38,223 nt of DNA from Candidatus Thorarchaeota archaeon (GTDB taxonomy: Archaea; Asgardarchaeota; Thorarchaeia; Thorarchaeales; Thorarchaeaceae). The stretch lies in assembly GCA_029856425.1 (NCBI GenBank), contig JAHQWZ010000002.1, positions 1-38,223 on the forward strand, read 5' to 3'. The notes under the pieces were generated by a model. That model was not told the DNA's origin. It was given only the letters and a program-made list of their open reading frames with translations, and did not search any database. Made by a program: the position numbers and the translations under genes. Shown here in pieces: positions 1 through 9,050 of the stretch. How positions within the stretch are numbered: the stretch's first letter is position 1; each line of letters starts with the position of its first letter.

Positions 1-46
1 CGAGGAGCGTTGCGATGAAGCAAGTCTTCATGAGGACTAACATGAT

Positions 47-631
47 GTGGATGGAGTGTTACTGACACCCGGATTCGGGGAGCGTGGTGTAGAAGGCATG
101 ATTTGTGCAGCCACACTGACCTTTGATCTTAAGATTCCGCTATTAGGAATCTGCTATGGTGCTCAGCTTGGGACCGTGGCTTTCGCAAGAAAATTGATGG
201 ACTGGAAGGGCGCGCATACAACCGAAGTAGATGCAGACAGTCTCTATCCTGTCATCGACTTGATGGATGAACAAAAGACTGTAGACGACAAGGGCGGAAC
301 AATGCGTTTAGGAGGGCATGAGGTCTCAATTTTGGAGAACACAAAGCTTCACAGTATCTACGGAAAGACTACAACTAGAGAGAGGTTCAGACATAGATTC
401 CATCTCATTGATAGATATATCAACAGAATGAAGGAACAGGGGCTGATTGTTTCTGCGTATGATACTAGTGGCGATATAATCAACGCAGTAGAACTAGTCA
501 ATCATCCCTTCTGGATAGGTGTGCAGTTCCATCCAGAGTTCAAGTCTCGTCCTGATTTCCCCCACCCCCTCTACTTGGGCCTTATTAGAGCAGCTCTAGA
601 ACACAAGAAGCAGAGAGGGAAGGCTGAGTGA
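47..631 (+). CDS. pyrG: CTP synthase, C-terminal glutamine amidotransferase domain. The gene runs off the 5' window edge, and its frame is interrupted by TAA at 38-40.
   Basis: The translation carries CTP synthase GATase motifs: PGFGERG, catalytic Cys in LGICYGAQL, GGTMRLGG, HRHRF and QFHPEF. The same frame is open from nt 2 (EERCDEASLHED) but hits TAA at 38-40. The ORF-track start at 47 is a GTG. Confidence 0.85.
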   Translation: MDGVLLTPGFGERGVEGMICAATLTFDLKIPLLGICYGAQLGTVAFARKLMDWKGAHTTEVDADSLYPVIDLMDEQKTVDDKGGTMRLGGHEVSILENTKLHSIYGKTTTRERFRHRFHLIDRYINRMKEQGLIVSAYDTSGDIINAVELVNHPFWIGVQFHPEFKSRPDFPHPLYLGLIRAALEHKKQRGKAE

Positions 632-1785
632 AACATAACCTTGACTCAATGCTTGCCATATTAGTCGAGGAGATAGAACGTGTTGAGGACACTAGGAAGC
701 GATTTGGCACAGTTCTATCCAAAATTAAGGGCGAGCTAGATTTGGGGAGATATCCTGCACTTGCAGCAGATGCAGTGGAAACCAGATTCTCCAAGAAAAT
801 CAATCCCACAGATTTGGCTGGGTTGAGAATTGCAGGAGTTGATGGCGGACTGATAAGAAGACGATTCAGGTCGATAGATTTGATACTCACACGTGGTGTG
901 GCAGTGGTCTTTCAATTTGGTCCAGAGGAAGGTCCAAGTGTGGATTTCTTTCCCAGCGCTTTTCCTGAGCCCATTATTAGGCCAGTGATGCTCACGCTAC
1001 CAGGTCCAGAACTTGACCAACTTGCGTCACTAGAGCGAATTGCCGCAGAACTAAGAGTCACTCTTTCTGTACTTGATGAGTACTATGTCGATTTGGTTCT
1101 TGTAGACGGTTCTTTGTTTTATCATCCCCGAGATCGTCCGAGCATTGGATCGGCTGTGTACGAGAAGTTTCAGGAAGTAGTCGCATTGTACAGGCAGTTA
1201 TACCATAAGGCCAGAGAAAAAAGTACAATCCTAGTAGGTGTCGTAAAGGACAGTCGATCGACCCGAATAGTCAGCATTCTTGGTGATATTCTTCCTCATA
1301 TCTTGCGTAATCCTAGCGTTTTCGAGATGATGCAGGGTGTGGACTATCGTTGGCTTCTCAAATTTTCCCGAGACTGTGACCTCCTTGACACATTCTTAGA
1401 AGAGGGTGAACGAACATTCGCCTTCAAGTATTCTGCTGAGTTGACACAAAACACCAACACACTCTCAGACGACCTTTCTATATGGGCCTCGTCTATCTGG
1501 GTCACATACTTGAAAACTGCACGCGACGACCTACCAATCAGAATTGAAATTCTCGTAGATGGTAGTAATGGTGCTGCACAAGTAGATAAGGCTCTTTCAG
1601 TTATTCTTCCTCTCTCTTGGCAACATCCCGAGTATGGAATTCCTGCTCCTGTTCTGGAAGCAGATACGCGGGCTCGAATAAGCAACAACGAAACTCAACT
1701 TATTGTTGATCGATTGATAGCTTTGTCTGGCCTTACCTATGCTACACTGGAAAGAAGACGCTCGAGAAACCCATTTGGAGGCTAA
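628..1785 (+). CDS. nurA: NurA-family 5'-3' nuclease
   Basis: 385-aa ORF with NurA-type acidic motifs (IAGVDGGLI, LVLVDGSLFYH). Its GTG start overlaps the pyrG stop (GTGA). It lies directly upstream of, and overlaps, a HerA ATPase gene. Confidence 0.75.
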   Translation: MKHNLDSMLAILVEEIERVEDTRKRFGTVLSKIKGELDLGRYPALAADAVETRFSKKINPTDLAGLRIAGVDGGLIRRRFRSIDLILTRGVAVVFQFGPEEGPSVDFFPSAFPEPIIRPVMLTLPGPELDQLASLERIAAELRVTLSVLDEYYVDLVLVDGSLFYHPRDRPSIGSAVYEKFQEVVALYRQLYHKAREKSTILVGVVKDSRSTRIVSILGDILPHILRNPSVFEMMQGVDYRWLLKFSRDCDLLDTFLEEGERTFAFKYSAELTQNTNTLSDDLSIWASSIWVTYLKTARDDLPIRIEILVDGSNGAAQVDKALSVILPLSWQHPEYGIPAPVLEADTRARISNNETQLIVDRLIALSGLTYATLERRRSRNPFGG

Positions 1786-3304
1786 TGAATTGTCTGAAAT
1801 ACCGCCGCTCACACGGATTGGAACAGTCATTTGCGAACAAGATTCGCCTAATGTCATGGAGTTTTCATTTGTAGTTGAAGGAGAAGCACATGAGCTAATA
1901 GTAAGACGTGGTGAATTCGTTTCAGTCGCAAACGAAGACCGGATTGTCATTGCTAGAGTGCAAGATCTGGTGAGAGTCAATCGGTATTACCAACATGCTG
2001 AAGCCGTAAGAGAGTACCAATCGAGAGGTGAGCCTCTACGTTCAATCTTTCCCACGGACCGTTGGCAATATACAATCGCTAGGGCGCAAGTGCTTGGTCT
2101 GTGGTCAGAGAACAGGTCAGTTCGTCCCTACTTTGCCGTATCTCCTGGAGCACGAGTGCGCAAAGCTGATAACGAAGTGCTTAATGCTTTTCTAAAACTT
2201 GATGACAAGGATGGTCTCTTGTTGGGCAGTCTAGCCCATCACAATCTGGAGTTTAGACCATCCATCAACCGGCTTCTCTCAAAGCATCTTGCTATATTAG
2301 CCATGAGTGGCGCAGGCAAATCTTACTTTGTATCCGTTCTCCTTGAAGAGCTATTGACACGCTCCAAGAAACAAGGCAGGCTTGCTGTGATTGTTATTGA
2401 TGTACACGGAGAATACACTTACCTGAAACACCTCACAAGTGATAATCTGGGGGTGCCAGATCTTGACATTGATGTGGAGCACATTCGAGGGTCTCACATT
2501 CAGATTCCAGTCCAATCCCTAGCAGCTGAAGCAATCGGATCCTTTGTTGCTGACATGAGTGCTATTCAAGTCCGTGATTTAAGACGAGTGGTTTCCATAA
2601 TGCGTAAGAATTCCAATAACGGCTATACGCTTGGAGACGTCATTGACTATGTCCGAACTGATGAAACCATCAGCAAGAACACAAGGGAGGCCCTTCTTGG
2701 ATGGCTGGTAAATCTGGACGAAACGGGTTTGTTCGGCAAAGAGGGTCTTCCAAATCTTAAGAATACCGTCAAACCTGGCAAGCTGACTCTCATTGACTTG
2801 AGTGATTTCATCAGTCTTAAGAAGAAGCAAATTGTAGTCTCTCATTTGGTGAATGAGCTCATGTATCTGAGGCGTCGAGATTCAATCCCCCCATTTCTAT
2901 TAGTCCTGGAGGAAGCACATCAATTCTGTCCCGAGAGCCGTCATGAGCTTGCCCTTCCTAAGAGCCGAATCGAAACCATTGCTAGAGAAGGACGTAAATT
3001 CTTTGCGTTGCTCTGCCTAGTTTCACAGAGACCTGTGAAGCTCTCAACAACTGTGCTAAGTCAATGTAGTAATCAAGCAATCTTCAGGGCAACGAATCCT
3101 TATGACCTCGAACATATTGGACGTAGTAGTGAGGGCATTGACCGAGCATCATTAGATGCTATAACCACGCTCGAGGTGGGCGAGGCTCTTTTTGTCGGAG
3201 AAACTGTTTCTGTTCCAACATTTGTTAAGATACGTAAGAGGCGCTTTGAGCCATCAGGACTCACCCAAGGGCTATCCGAGGCTCTGAGAAAGACTGACAA
3301 ATAG
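1739..3304 (+). CDS. herA: HerA-family hexameric DNA helicase/translocase (FtsK-HerA ATPase)
   Basis: Walker A is LAMSGAGKSY and Walker B is LLVLEEAHQFCP, and the length (~500-520 aa) is typical. The longest ORF overlaps nurA by 47 nt. An alternative TTG start at 1790 is preceded by GGAGG (1777-1781). Confidence 0.85.
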   Translation: MLHWKEDARETHLEANELSEIPPLTRIGTVICEQDSPNVMEFSFVVEGEAHELIVRRGEFVSVANEDRIVIARVQDLVRVNRYYQHAEAVREYQSRGEPLRSIFPTDRWQYTIARAQVLGLWSENRSVRPYFAVSPGARVRKADNEVLNAFLKLDDKDGLLLGSLAHHNLEFRPSINRLLSKHLAILAMSGAGKSYFVSVLLEELLTRSKKQGRLAVIVIDVHGEYTYLKHLTSDNLGVPDLDIDVEHIRGSHIQIPVQSLAAEAIGSFVADMSAIQVRDLRRVVSIMRKNSNNGYTLGDVIDYVRTDETISKNTREALLGWLVNLDETGLFGKEGLPNLKNTVKPGKLTLIDLSDFISLKKKQIVVSHLVNELMYLRRRDSIPPFLLVLEEAHQFCPESRHELALPKSRIETIAREGRKFFALLCLVSQRPVKLSTTVLSQCSNQAIFRATNPYDLEHIGRSSEGIDRASLDAITTLEVGEALFVGETVSVPTFVKIRKRRFEPSGLTQGLSEALRKTDK

Positions 3305-3395
3305 GACAGTCTGTGACAATTTCGAATGAGAGGCTATTCCCACAACAGTCAAAAAGAAAGAATATTAGCTCTCTCCAAAGCACTCGCTAGGACAT

Positions 3396-3926
3396 TTGGG
3401 GGCTCTATGTTTGTCTGACAAGAACCTTGAGCAAATTAAGAAACTCATTGACGCTATGCAATCCGGACTTGTAGAGTTATTCGACCAGCTGCATGAACTC
3501 AGACGTCAATTGGACCTGGCCGGTGAGAGTTTTGAATCTACTCCTTCGTTATCTCCAGCTCCTATATTCTCCGAAGTTTCGCCTGCAACCAAAGAACCAG
3601 AGGCTGATGTTTTATCAGCAGCTGCGAGCCCTTCTAAAGACGAATCTACAAGCACTTCTTTAACAAATGGGAATGTTTCCCGTGTTCTTGATCCAATTAC
3701 GCAAGAATTACAGACTGGGGAGGCATCCGCGGGTGTCATAGCTGAATACCTTGAAGCTGCAAAGGAGTATTTAATTCAAGAACACTCAGCCAATGAAAAG
3801 GTAGTCCACGATATGGAAGTTGTATTGAAATTTCTCCACGCAAGGGGTACGAAGGCAATTCGTCCAGAAGAGCGTGAAAACATTCTTGAGCGGATTAGAA
3901 GGTGGAAGGTTCACCTCGCAACCTAG
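3396..3926 (+). CDS. Hypothetical protein with helical ends and a Ser/Thr/Pro/Glu-rich disordered middle
   Basis: 176-aa ORF with a TTG start, on the same strand 92 nt downstream of herA. I recognise no family motif. The low-complexity segment is TPSLSPAPIFSEVSPATKEPEADVLSAAASPSKDESTSTS. Confidence 0.4.
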   Translation: MGALCLSDKNLEQIKKLIDAMQSGLVELFDQLHELRRQLDLAGESFESTPSLSPAPIFSEVSPATKEPEADVLSAAASPSKDESTSTSLTNGNVSRVLDPITQELQTGEASAGVIAEYLEAAKEYLIQEHSANEKVVHDMEVVLKFLHARGTKAIRPEERENILERIRRWKVHLAT

Positions 3927-3969
3927 CCTGTCTATTATCCTATTATGCTCTCTCTTAGGAAATACAAAA

Positions 3970-3994
3970 CCTCACCCGGAAGTTCCGGATGAGG
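3970..3994. terminator. Inverted repeat between convergent genes; possible bidirectional terminator hairpin
   Basis: CCTCACCCGGAA-G-TTCCGGATGAGG pairs at 11 of 12 positions. It lies between the 3' ends of ORF 3396..3926 (+) and the ArsR gene (-). Confidence 0.3.
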
Positions 3995-4009
3995 CTAAAA
4001 AGACACCTT

Positions 4010-4375
4010 CTATTCCAAATCAATTATGATTCGCTTGACTTTTGTCTTTGATATCTTCTTCAAACCATGTTGCCCGGGTTCGTAGCGGCATTCCAGCAAA
4101 TCCGATTCATAGAGTATCTTGATTTGGGCACTGGCATTTGCCTCCGTTCCCCCGAGGTGTCTTGCCACTCGTGTTACATCCTTTTCCCCCTGCAGAAGGA
4201 GTCTGAGTATTTTTAGTCTAGTTCCCGATGAAAGTGCACGTCCGATACGTAAAATCGCGTCTTCGTTGTCAATTTGCAGTGTTTCTGACAGTAGTAACAC
4301 CTCGCATGAGTTAGCTTGTTGCTCAAGTAAGTCTTTATTATACTTGTTGTTTGTATATGTTCTTCGGAATGGCAC
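4010..4375 (-). CDS. ArsR/SmtB-family winged-helix transcriptional regulator
   Basis: The wHTH pattern is LSSGTRLKILRLLLQGEKDVTRVARHLGGTEANASAQIKILYESDLL. The longest ORF starts at GTG 4375. An alternative GTG at 4300 would give a 95-aa protein and leave room for a promoter. Confidence 0.75.
   Translation of the reverse strand: MPFRRTYTNNKYNKDLLEQQANSCEVLLLSETLQIDNEDAILRIGRALSSGTRLKILRLLLQGEKDVTRVARHLGGTEANASAQIKILYESDLLECRYEPGQHGLKKISKTKVKRIIIDLE
4334..4359. promoter_or_regulatory. AT-rich TATA-like elements for a possible divergent promoter pair (ArsR gene / DUF460 gene)
   Basis: TTTATTATA (4334-4342) reads TATAATAAA on the minus strand, about 34 nt upstream of GTG 4300. TTGTATATG (4351-4359) lies about 36 nt upstream of ATG 4395. 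Confidence 0.3.
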
Positions 4376-4394
4376 CTAGTGCGTATCTGAACCG

Positions 4395-6464
4395 ATGTCA
4401 ATCCTTATAGCCAAAACAACGAACGCGCAATCGAGTGCAGAGCCCATGGGCGATGAAAGCGTATTCATAATGGGATTCGACATCCTACCCAGCCAAAGTC
4501 CAAAGTCTAAGAGGAGTCCAAAGTTCGCCTGTGTAATCATGCACGAGGATGTTTTACTCAATGAACACTCTGAAATTTCGCGTGGAACGCTTTTGAAGCT
4601 CATCCGAGAGATTCGTCCTAAATGGCTATGCACCGATAACATATTTGAAATCGTGCCTGACAGCAAATCCCTCTTTCGTTTTGTTGAAAAGATACCCCCA
4701 GAAACTCGGATCGTTCAGGTGACAGGAGTCCCACCCCGTCAAGTTTCTCTGAAAAGACTTGCAAAAAGACATGGATTAAGCATCCGTGGAAAACCAAATC
4801 CCCTTGAGTCTGCCTATCTGGCAGCTCAGTTAGCCCTACTGGGTGTTGGACATAGTTTGGAATGTTTTGGTGAACAGACAGAGGTTAAGATAGCCCGTGG
4901 TAGAAAACCAGGTCGTGGAGGCCAGAGTGCAAATCGTTTCAGACGCAAGGTCCATTCACAAATTCAGCAGATGACAAGGTATATTGAAGACCAACTGAAG
5001 GCTGCAAAGATTGATTATGACATTGATGTAAGAAGTTCGGATTTTGGCTATGCAAGTGCTCGAATAATAGCATATGCGTCTCTGCCCAATATTCGCACAC
5101 TTGTCGAATCTAAACGTGGTGGCGACTTCAAGGTTCTTATATCACCAGTTAGAAAAAGGGTTGAATTCCTTCCTCTTGAGCCAAAACCTATCTCTAGTTC
5201 TCTACGACCAAGATATTTCATTCTAGGAATTGATCCAGGATCCACAGCAGCAATCTGCATGCTCACCTTGGACGGAAGGATATATCGACTAGTAAGTGGG
5301 AAGTCGCTAACTAGAGCTGACATCATTCGGCATGTGTATGAACAAGGAATTCCTGTGATGGTTGCAACTGATGTCACTCCCGTACCACATTTCGTAAAGA
5401 AGATAGCAAGCACGGTGAATGCTGAGCTATATGTACCAAAGCGAGAAATAGCAGTTTCAGACAAACAGGAATTAGCAAGGGAGTTTTCTGAGGGTATCAA
5501 GATACGAAATGCGCACGAACGCGACGCCCTCACAGCAGCAGTCTATGCATATCGTAGCATTTTGCCAAAGCTAGAACAGATCGAACGTAAGATGCGCGAC
5601 GAACAACTAGCAGTCGATAGAAATCAATTGAAAGCACTTGTCATCAAAGGCATGTCGATGCAGGAAGCCACGTCCAGTCTTCTTCATGAAGAGTCAAAGG
5701 AAGTCGATATTGTACCGGAGCATGTCACGGAGGAGGAAACTCTTACACCAGAACGATTTACCTCACTTGTCACTAGGCAAGCAGAAGTTGAAGCAGAGAA
5801 CATTGCGCTCAGTGAAAGAGTTGAAGATTTAGGACGTTTTGTAGAGTTCTTACAGTTTCGGGAGAGCGAACTGGCAGATAGTCTTGATATAGTCACGAAG
5901 GAGAACTATTGGAAGGTAAAAAGAGACAGAGAAATTGTGAAGAAAGAGAATGAACTGAAACAGGTTAGGAGTGAGGTAAGGAACCTCAAGAAAGAGGTCG
6001 AGAAGCTGAACAAGCGCCTAGAGAACCTTAGGGGTGTCAAGCGGCGTGAGATTCGAGGTGACATGCTTGCCATAAAGACGGTTCCCCAATTCACCAGAGA
6101 GAGTATTGAAGAATATATACAGAATGTAGGCCTAAAGCCTGGGGACATCATTCTCTTTGAGGATGCAAGCGGAGGCGGCCCTCAAACAGCTGGGCTGCTG
6201 ATTAATAGGGGTATTCGTGCTGTGATTGTGGACACTCCTCTTTCGCATCTCTCAGAAGAGCAGCTAGTGCAATCCGTAATTCCCGTTATTAATGCGGAAG
6301 AAGTGGAACTGCAGAGAGTTGATGAGTTCGCATTTATCAGTAGAAAGAAGTTTGATAGGCAGCTTCAATCATTCATTGCAAAAGTACGTGAAGAGGCTCG
6401 TCAGAGAGGCGAGGATGAGCTTGTTGAGCTGGTTGAAAGATACCGACGTGAGATAGAACGCTAG
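4395..6464 (+). CDS. DUF460/COG2433-type archaeal protein: RNase H-fold (RuvC/YqgF-like) nuclease domain, long coiled coil and a C-terminal domain
   Basis: The motifs are YFILGIDPGSTAAICMLTLDG, VMVATDVTPVPHFVKK and NAHERDALTAAVYAY. A K/E-rich heptad region spans roughly aa 430-560. Alternative ATG starts are at 4446 and 4470. Confidence 0.6.
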   Translation: MSILIAKTTNAQSSAEPMGDESVFIMGFDILPSQSPKSKRSPKFACVIMHEDVLLNEHSEISRGTLLKLIREIRPKWLCTDNIFEIVPDSKSLFRFVEKIPPETRIVQVTGVPPRQVSLKRLAKRHGLSIRGKPNPLESAYLAAQLALLGVGHSLECFGEQTEVKIARGRKPGRGGQSANRFRRKVHSQIQQMTRYIEDQLKAAKIDYDIDVRSSDFGYASARIIAYASLPNIRTLVESKRGGDFKVLISPVRKRVEFLPLEPKPISSSLRPRYFILGIDPGSTAAICMLTLDGRIYRLVSGKSLTRADIIRHVYEQGIPVMVATDVTPVPHFVKKIASTVNAELYVPKREIAVSDKQELAREFSEGIKIRNAHERDALTAAVYAYRSILPKLEQIERKMRDEQLAVDRNQLKALVIKGMSMQEATSSLLHEESKEVDIVPEHVTEEETLTPERFTSLVTRQAEVEAENIALSERVEDLGRFVEFLQFRESELADSLDIVTKENYWKVKRDREIVKKENELKQVRSEVRNLKKEVEKLNKRLENLRGVKRREIRGDMLAIKTVPQFTRESIEEYIQNVGLKPGDIILFEDASGGGPQTAGLLINRGIRAVIVDTPLSHLSEEQLVQSVIPVINAEEVELQRVDEFAFISRKKFDRQLQSFIAKVREEARQRGEDELVELVERYRREIER

Positions 6465-6481
6465 AAGAATCCAGGAGAATC

Positions 6482-6709
6482 TTATTCAGGAATCTGAATC
6501 CAGAGAATGTTGTTTCCTCGCAGCAAGAGCTGACCATATTTAGCACGAATCTCCTCATTCTCAAGTTCTTCTGCATCAGCAAGAGTCAGGTTCATGTACA
6601 TATCACACCTTGTTAGTCGACCTCGGAAGATTCGTTGGTCCTTCAGTTTTATTGAAATGACATCGTTGAGAACGGATTCTAATGCTTTGATTGGCAAGTT
6701 CTGTGACAC
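6482..6709 (-). CDS. Sm-like (LSm/SmAP) RNA-binding protein
   Basis: 75 aa. The Sm1/Sm2 pattern is VISIKLKDQRIFRGRLTRCDMYMNLTLADAEE ... LLLRGNNILWI. Confidence 0.85.
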   Translation of the reverse strand: MSQNLPIKALESVLNDVISIKLKDQRIFRGRLTRCDMYMNLTLADAEELENEEIRAKYGQLLLRGNNILWIQIPE

Positions 6710-6846
6710 GCTCTTCTCCTCAGGTCAAGGCCAAGTCTGGGCATTATAAAGCCTTTGCTGAAAACAATAGAGAACGATCCATTTCTCAAAACACGCGTCA
6801 ATGTTAAGTACCGATTGAGATGCAAACCAAATGGACTCGAATCACA

Positions 6847-7839
6847 ATGTCAATAATCTGTCTAGGCATTGAGGGAACTGCACATTCCTTTGGGGCTGGA
6901 ATAGCATCCAGTGGTGGCGACGTATTGTCCAATATTTGGGATATGTTCTCCCCGGATGAGGGCGGAATACATCCACGCGAGGCAAGTCGCCATCATTCAG
7001 ACGTGGGACCCAGCGTAATTCGGAAAGCTATAGAGGTTGCCTCTATTGATGTTACGGATATTGACTTAGTCGCTTTCTCTAGGGGTCCTGGTCTTGGACC
7101 ATGTCTGAGGACGACTGCAACAATCGCACGCGCTCTATCTCTAAGACTAAACATACCCTTGATTGGAGTAAATCACTGTGTTGCACACATAGAGATTGGC
7201 TGCCTTGAATCTGGTTTCAAGGACCCAGTGACCGTATATGTTTCGGGGGGCAACACGCAAATCATTGCATACGCTGGGAAACGATACCGCACATTTGGGG
7301 AAACTCTAGATATTGCCATTGGGAATATGCTTGACACCTTTGGTCGAGATGTGGGAATGCGCTTTCCAGCAGGTCCTCGAATTGAACGAGAAGCTAGGAA
7401 TGCTTCTAATTACCATCAATTACCCTATTCTGTCAAGGGAATGGACCTCAGCTATTCAGGGCTGCTGACTGCTGCTAAGAGGCTCGTTTCCGAAGGTGTT
7501 CCAATGGCCGATGCATGTTTCAGTGTACAAGAAACGGCATTTGGCATGCTTGCTGAGATTGCCGAAAGAGCAATTGCTCATACAAGAAAGAAAGAACTCC
7601 TTTTGACTGGCGGAGTTGCACGAAACGATCGTCTCACAGATATCCTATTAGGAGTCGCAAAACGACACAATGCAGTTTTTCATCGAGTCACGCCATCTCT
7701 TGCTGGCGATCAGGGAGCAATGATTGCATGGACCGGAATTTTGCAGCATGAGGCTGGAGACCGACTGAATATTGCAGACTCCATTGTCTTACCAAAATGG
7801 CGCACAGATGAACAAGACATTGTGTGGAGGAAGTCATGA
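6847..7839 (+). CDS. kae1: tRNA N6-adenosine threonylcarbamoyltransferase Kae1 (KEOPS catalytic subunit)
   Basis: The motifs are LGIEGTAHSFG, HCVAHIE, VSGGNTQ and TGGVARN. The ORF opens at 6820, but ATG 6847 (MSIICLGIEG) fits the family N-terminus. Confidence 0.9.
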   Translation: MSIICLGIEGTAHSFGAGIASSGGDVLSNIWDMFSPDEGGIHPREASRHHSDVGPSVIRKAIEVASIDVTDIDLVAFSRGPGLGPCLRTTATIARALSLRLNIPLIGVNHCVAHIEIGCLESGFKDPVTVYVSGGNTQIIAYAGKRYRTFGETLDIAIGNMLDTFGRDVGMRFPAGPRIEREARNASNYHQLPYSVKGMDLSYSGLLTAAKRLVSEGVPMADACFSVQETAFGMLAEIAERAIAHTRKKELLLTGGVARNDRLTDILLGVAKRHNAVFHRVTPSLAGDQGAMIAWTGILQHEAGDRLNIADSIVLPKWRTDEQDIVWRKS

Positions 7840-8462
7840 TGGAGCCGTGGACCATTGGTGCAGAGTCTACGATATATAGACTTGAGCAGTGGGGCCGTAT
7901 AGTACTACTAAAACATCGCCCACAGAAACCCTACTTACTGAAGGCTATAGACGAATTCTTGAGAACGTCAAGGACGAGTAGAGAATGCAAGATGTTGACC
8001 GTGGCAAGAAATCTGGGAGTCCCTACTCCAATGGTGTATTGGGTTGATATGCATAGACACTACATTGCAATGGAATATATCCAAGGCAAACAACTCAAAC
8101 AACTAGTTGCGGAGCTTGCAGCTGATAGGCTACAAAAGATCACATGCAAATTTGGGAAACTGATTGGTCTACTACATCGTGGGGGAGTGGTTCATGGTGA
8201 TCCAACCACCAGTAATGTAATTGTAAACCAGAAGGGGGATATTTGGCTGGTTGACTTCGGGCTTGCTGAGATGAATGCAACTGTAGAAATGAAAGGAGTT
8301 GATCTTCATCTAATGAAGCGAGCGTTCGAAACCACTCATTGGGATCATGAAGAAATCATGTGGAGTGCTGCTCTTGATGGCTACAGGACCATCCATTCTG
8401 ATGAAACAGAGAATGTATTCTCTAGAGTTGAAGAGATTCGAGAACGCGGCAGATATCACTAG
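7836..8462 (+). CDS. bud32: Bud32 (Kae1-associated) atypical Ser/Thr kinase, KEOPS subunit
   Basis: The kinase motifs are HGDPTTSNVIV and DFGLA, at the small RIO-like size. ATG 7836 overlaps the kae1 stop (ATGA) and GGAGGAAG lies just upstream. The ORF track opens at GTG 7824. Confidence 0.85.
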   Translation: MMEPWTIGAESTIYRLEQWGRIVLLKHRPQKPYLLKAIDEFLRTSRTSRECKMLTVARNLGVPTPMVYWVDMHRHYIAMEYIQGKQLKQLVAELAADRLQKITCKFGKLIGLLHRGGVVHGDPTTSNVIVNQKGDIWLVDFGLAEMNATVEMKGVDLHLMKRAFETTHWDHEEIMWSAALDGYRTIHSDETENVFSRVEEIRERGRYH

Positions 8463-8554
8463 CATAACAAGTCATTGAGCAATCTTTATATCCACACCCA
8501 TTGGCCGTGAGGCTGACCCGGTTTTTTGGGGCCTAAAACTCAGAGGCAATCTTA

Positions 8555-9016
8555 ATGGCAAGAATGCACACACGCCGCAAAGGCCAATCTGGAAGCAGGC
8601 GACCCTCTACATTGCGAACTCCTGAGTGGTTAGATAAGGAGAAGAATGCAGAATGGGTAGAGAACAAAGTGGTAGAACTTGCTAAGGCTGGCAATACGCC
8701 ATCAATGATTGGAATGCTGCTTAGGGATCAATTTGGCATACCTTTAGTGAAGGTGATAACAGGAAAGAGGATAATGGACATCATCATTGAGAATAATCTT
8801 CAAAGACAAGTTCCTGAAGACCTTCGTAATATGATTGCCAAAGCCGCCAAACTACGAAGGCATTTGGAAGAGAACAGACAAGACTTTGTATCAAAACGCG
8901 GCCTCCAGCTTATTGAAAGCAAGATTCACAGACTGTCGAGATATTACAGGAAGAAACACGTTCTCCCGGCAGATTGGAAATATAGTCCTGACCAAGCCGC
9001 TGTTTTATTGAGGTAG
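8555..9016 (+). CDS. rps15: 30S ribosomal protein uS15 (S15P/S13e)
   Basis: The N-terminus MARMHTRRKGQSGSRRP and the 153-aa length are typical of archaeal S15P. Confidence 0.9.
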   Translation: MARMHTRRKGQSGSRRPSTLRTPEWLDKEKNAEWVENKVVELAKAGNTPSMIGMLLRDQFGIPLVKVITGKRIMDIIIENNLQRQVPEDLRNMIAKAAKLRRHLEENRQDFVSKRGLQLIESKIHRLSRYYRKKHVLPADWKYSPDQAAVLLR

Positions 9017-9050
9017 CTTTATCATCAAGGCCTTGCTCTAAAGTCCTGAG

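Noticed and set aside
4376-4394. Apparent 19-nt gap between the divergent ArsR and DUF460 start codons
   Set aside because: This is probably an artefact of taking the longest ORFs. The alternative starts (GTG 4300; ATG 4395/4446/4470) leave a normal AT-rich promoter region.
5048-5533. 161-aa antisense ORF inside the DUF460 gene. Similar long antisense ORFs occur at 11302..11679, 21014..21511, 32167..32571 and 35042..35461.
   Set aside because: Each lies fully within a CDS that has clear family motifs on the opposite strand. All are Ser/Arg/Cys-rich, as expected of shadow frames.
8484-8531. CTTTATAT as an rps15 promoter and the GGTTTTTTGGGG T-run as a bud32 terminator
   Set aside because: The order is inconsistent, because the T-run lies downstream of the putative TATA. 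I could not decide between the two roles from sequence alone.
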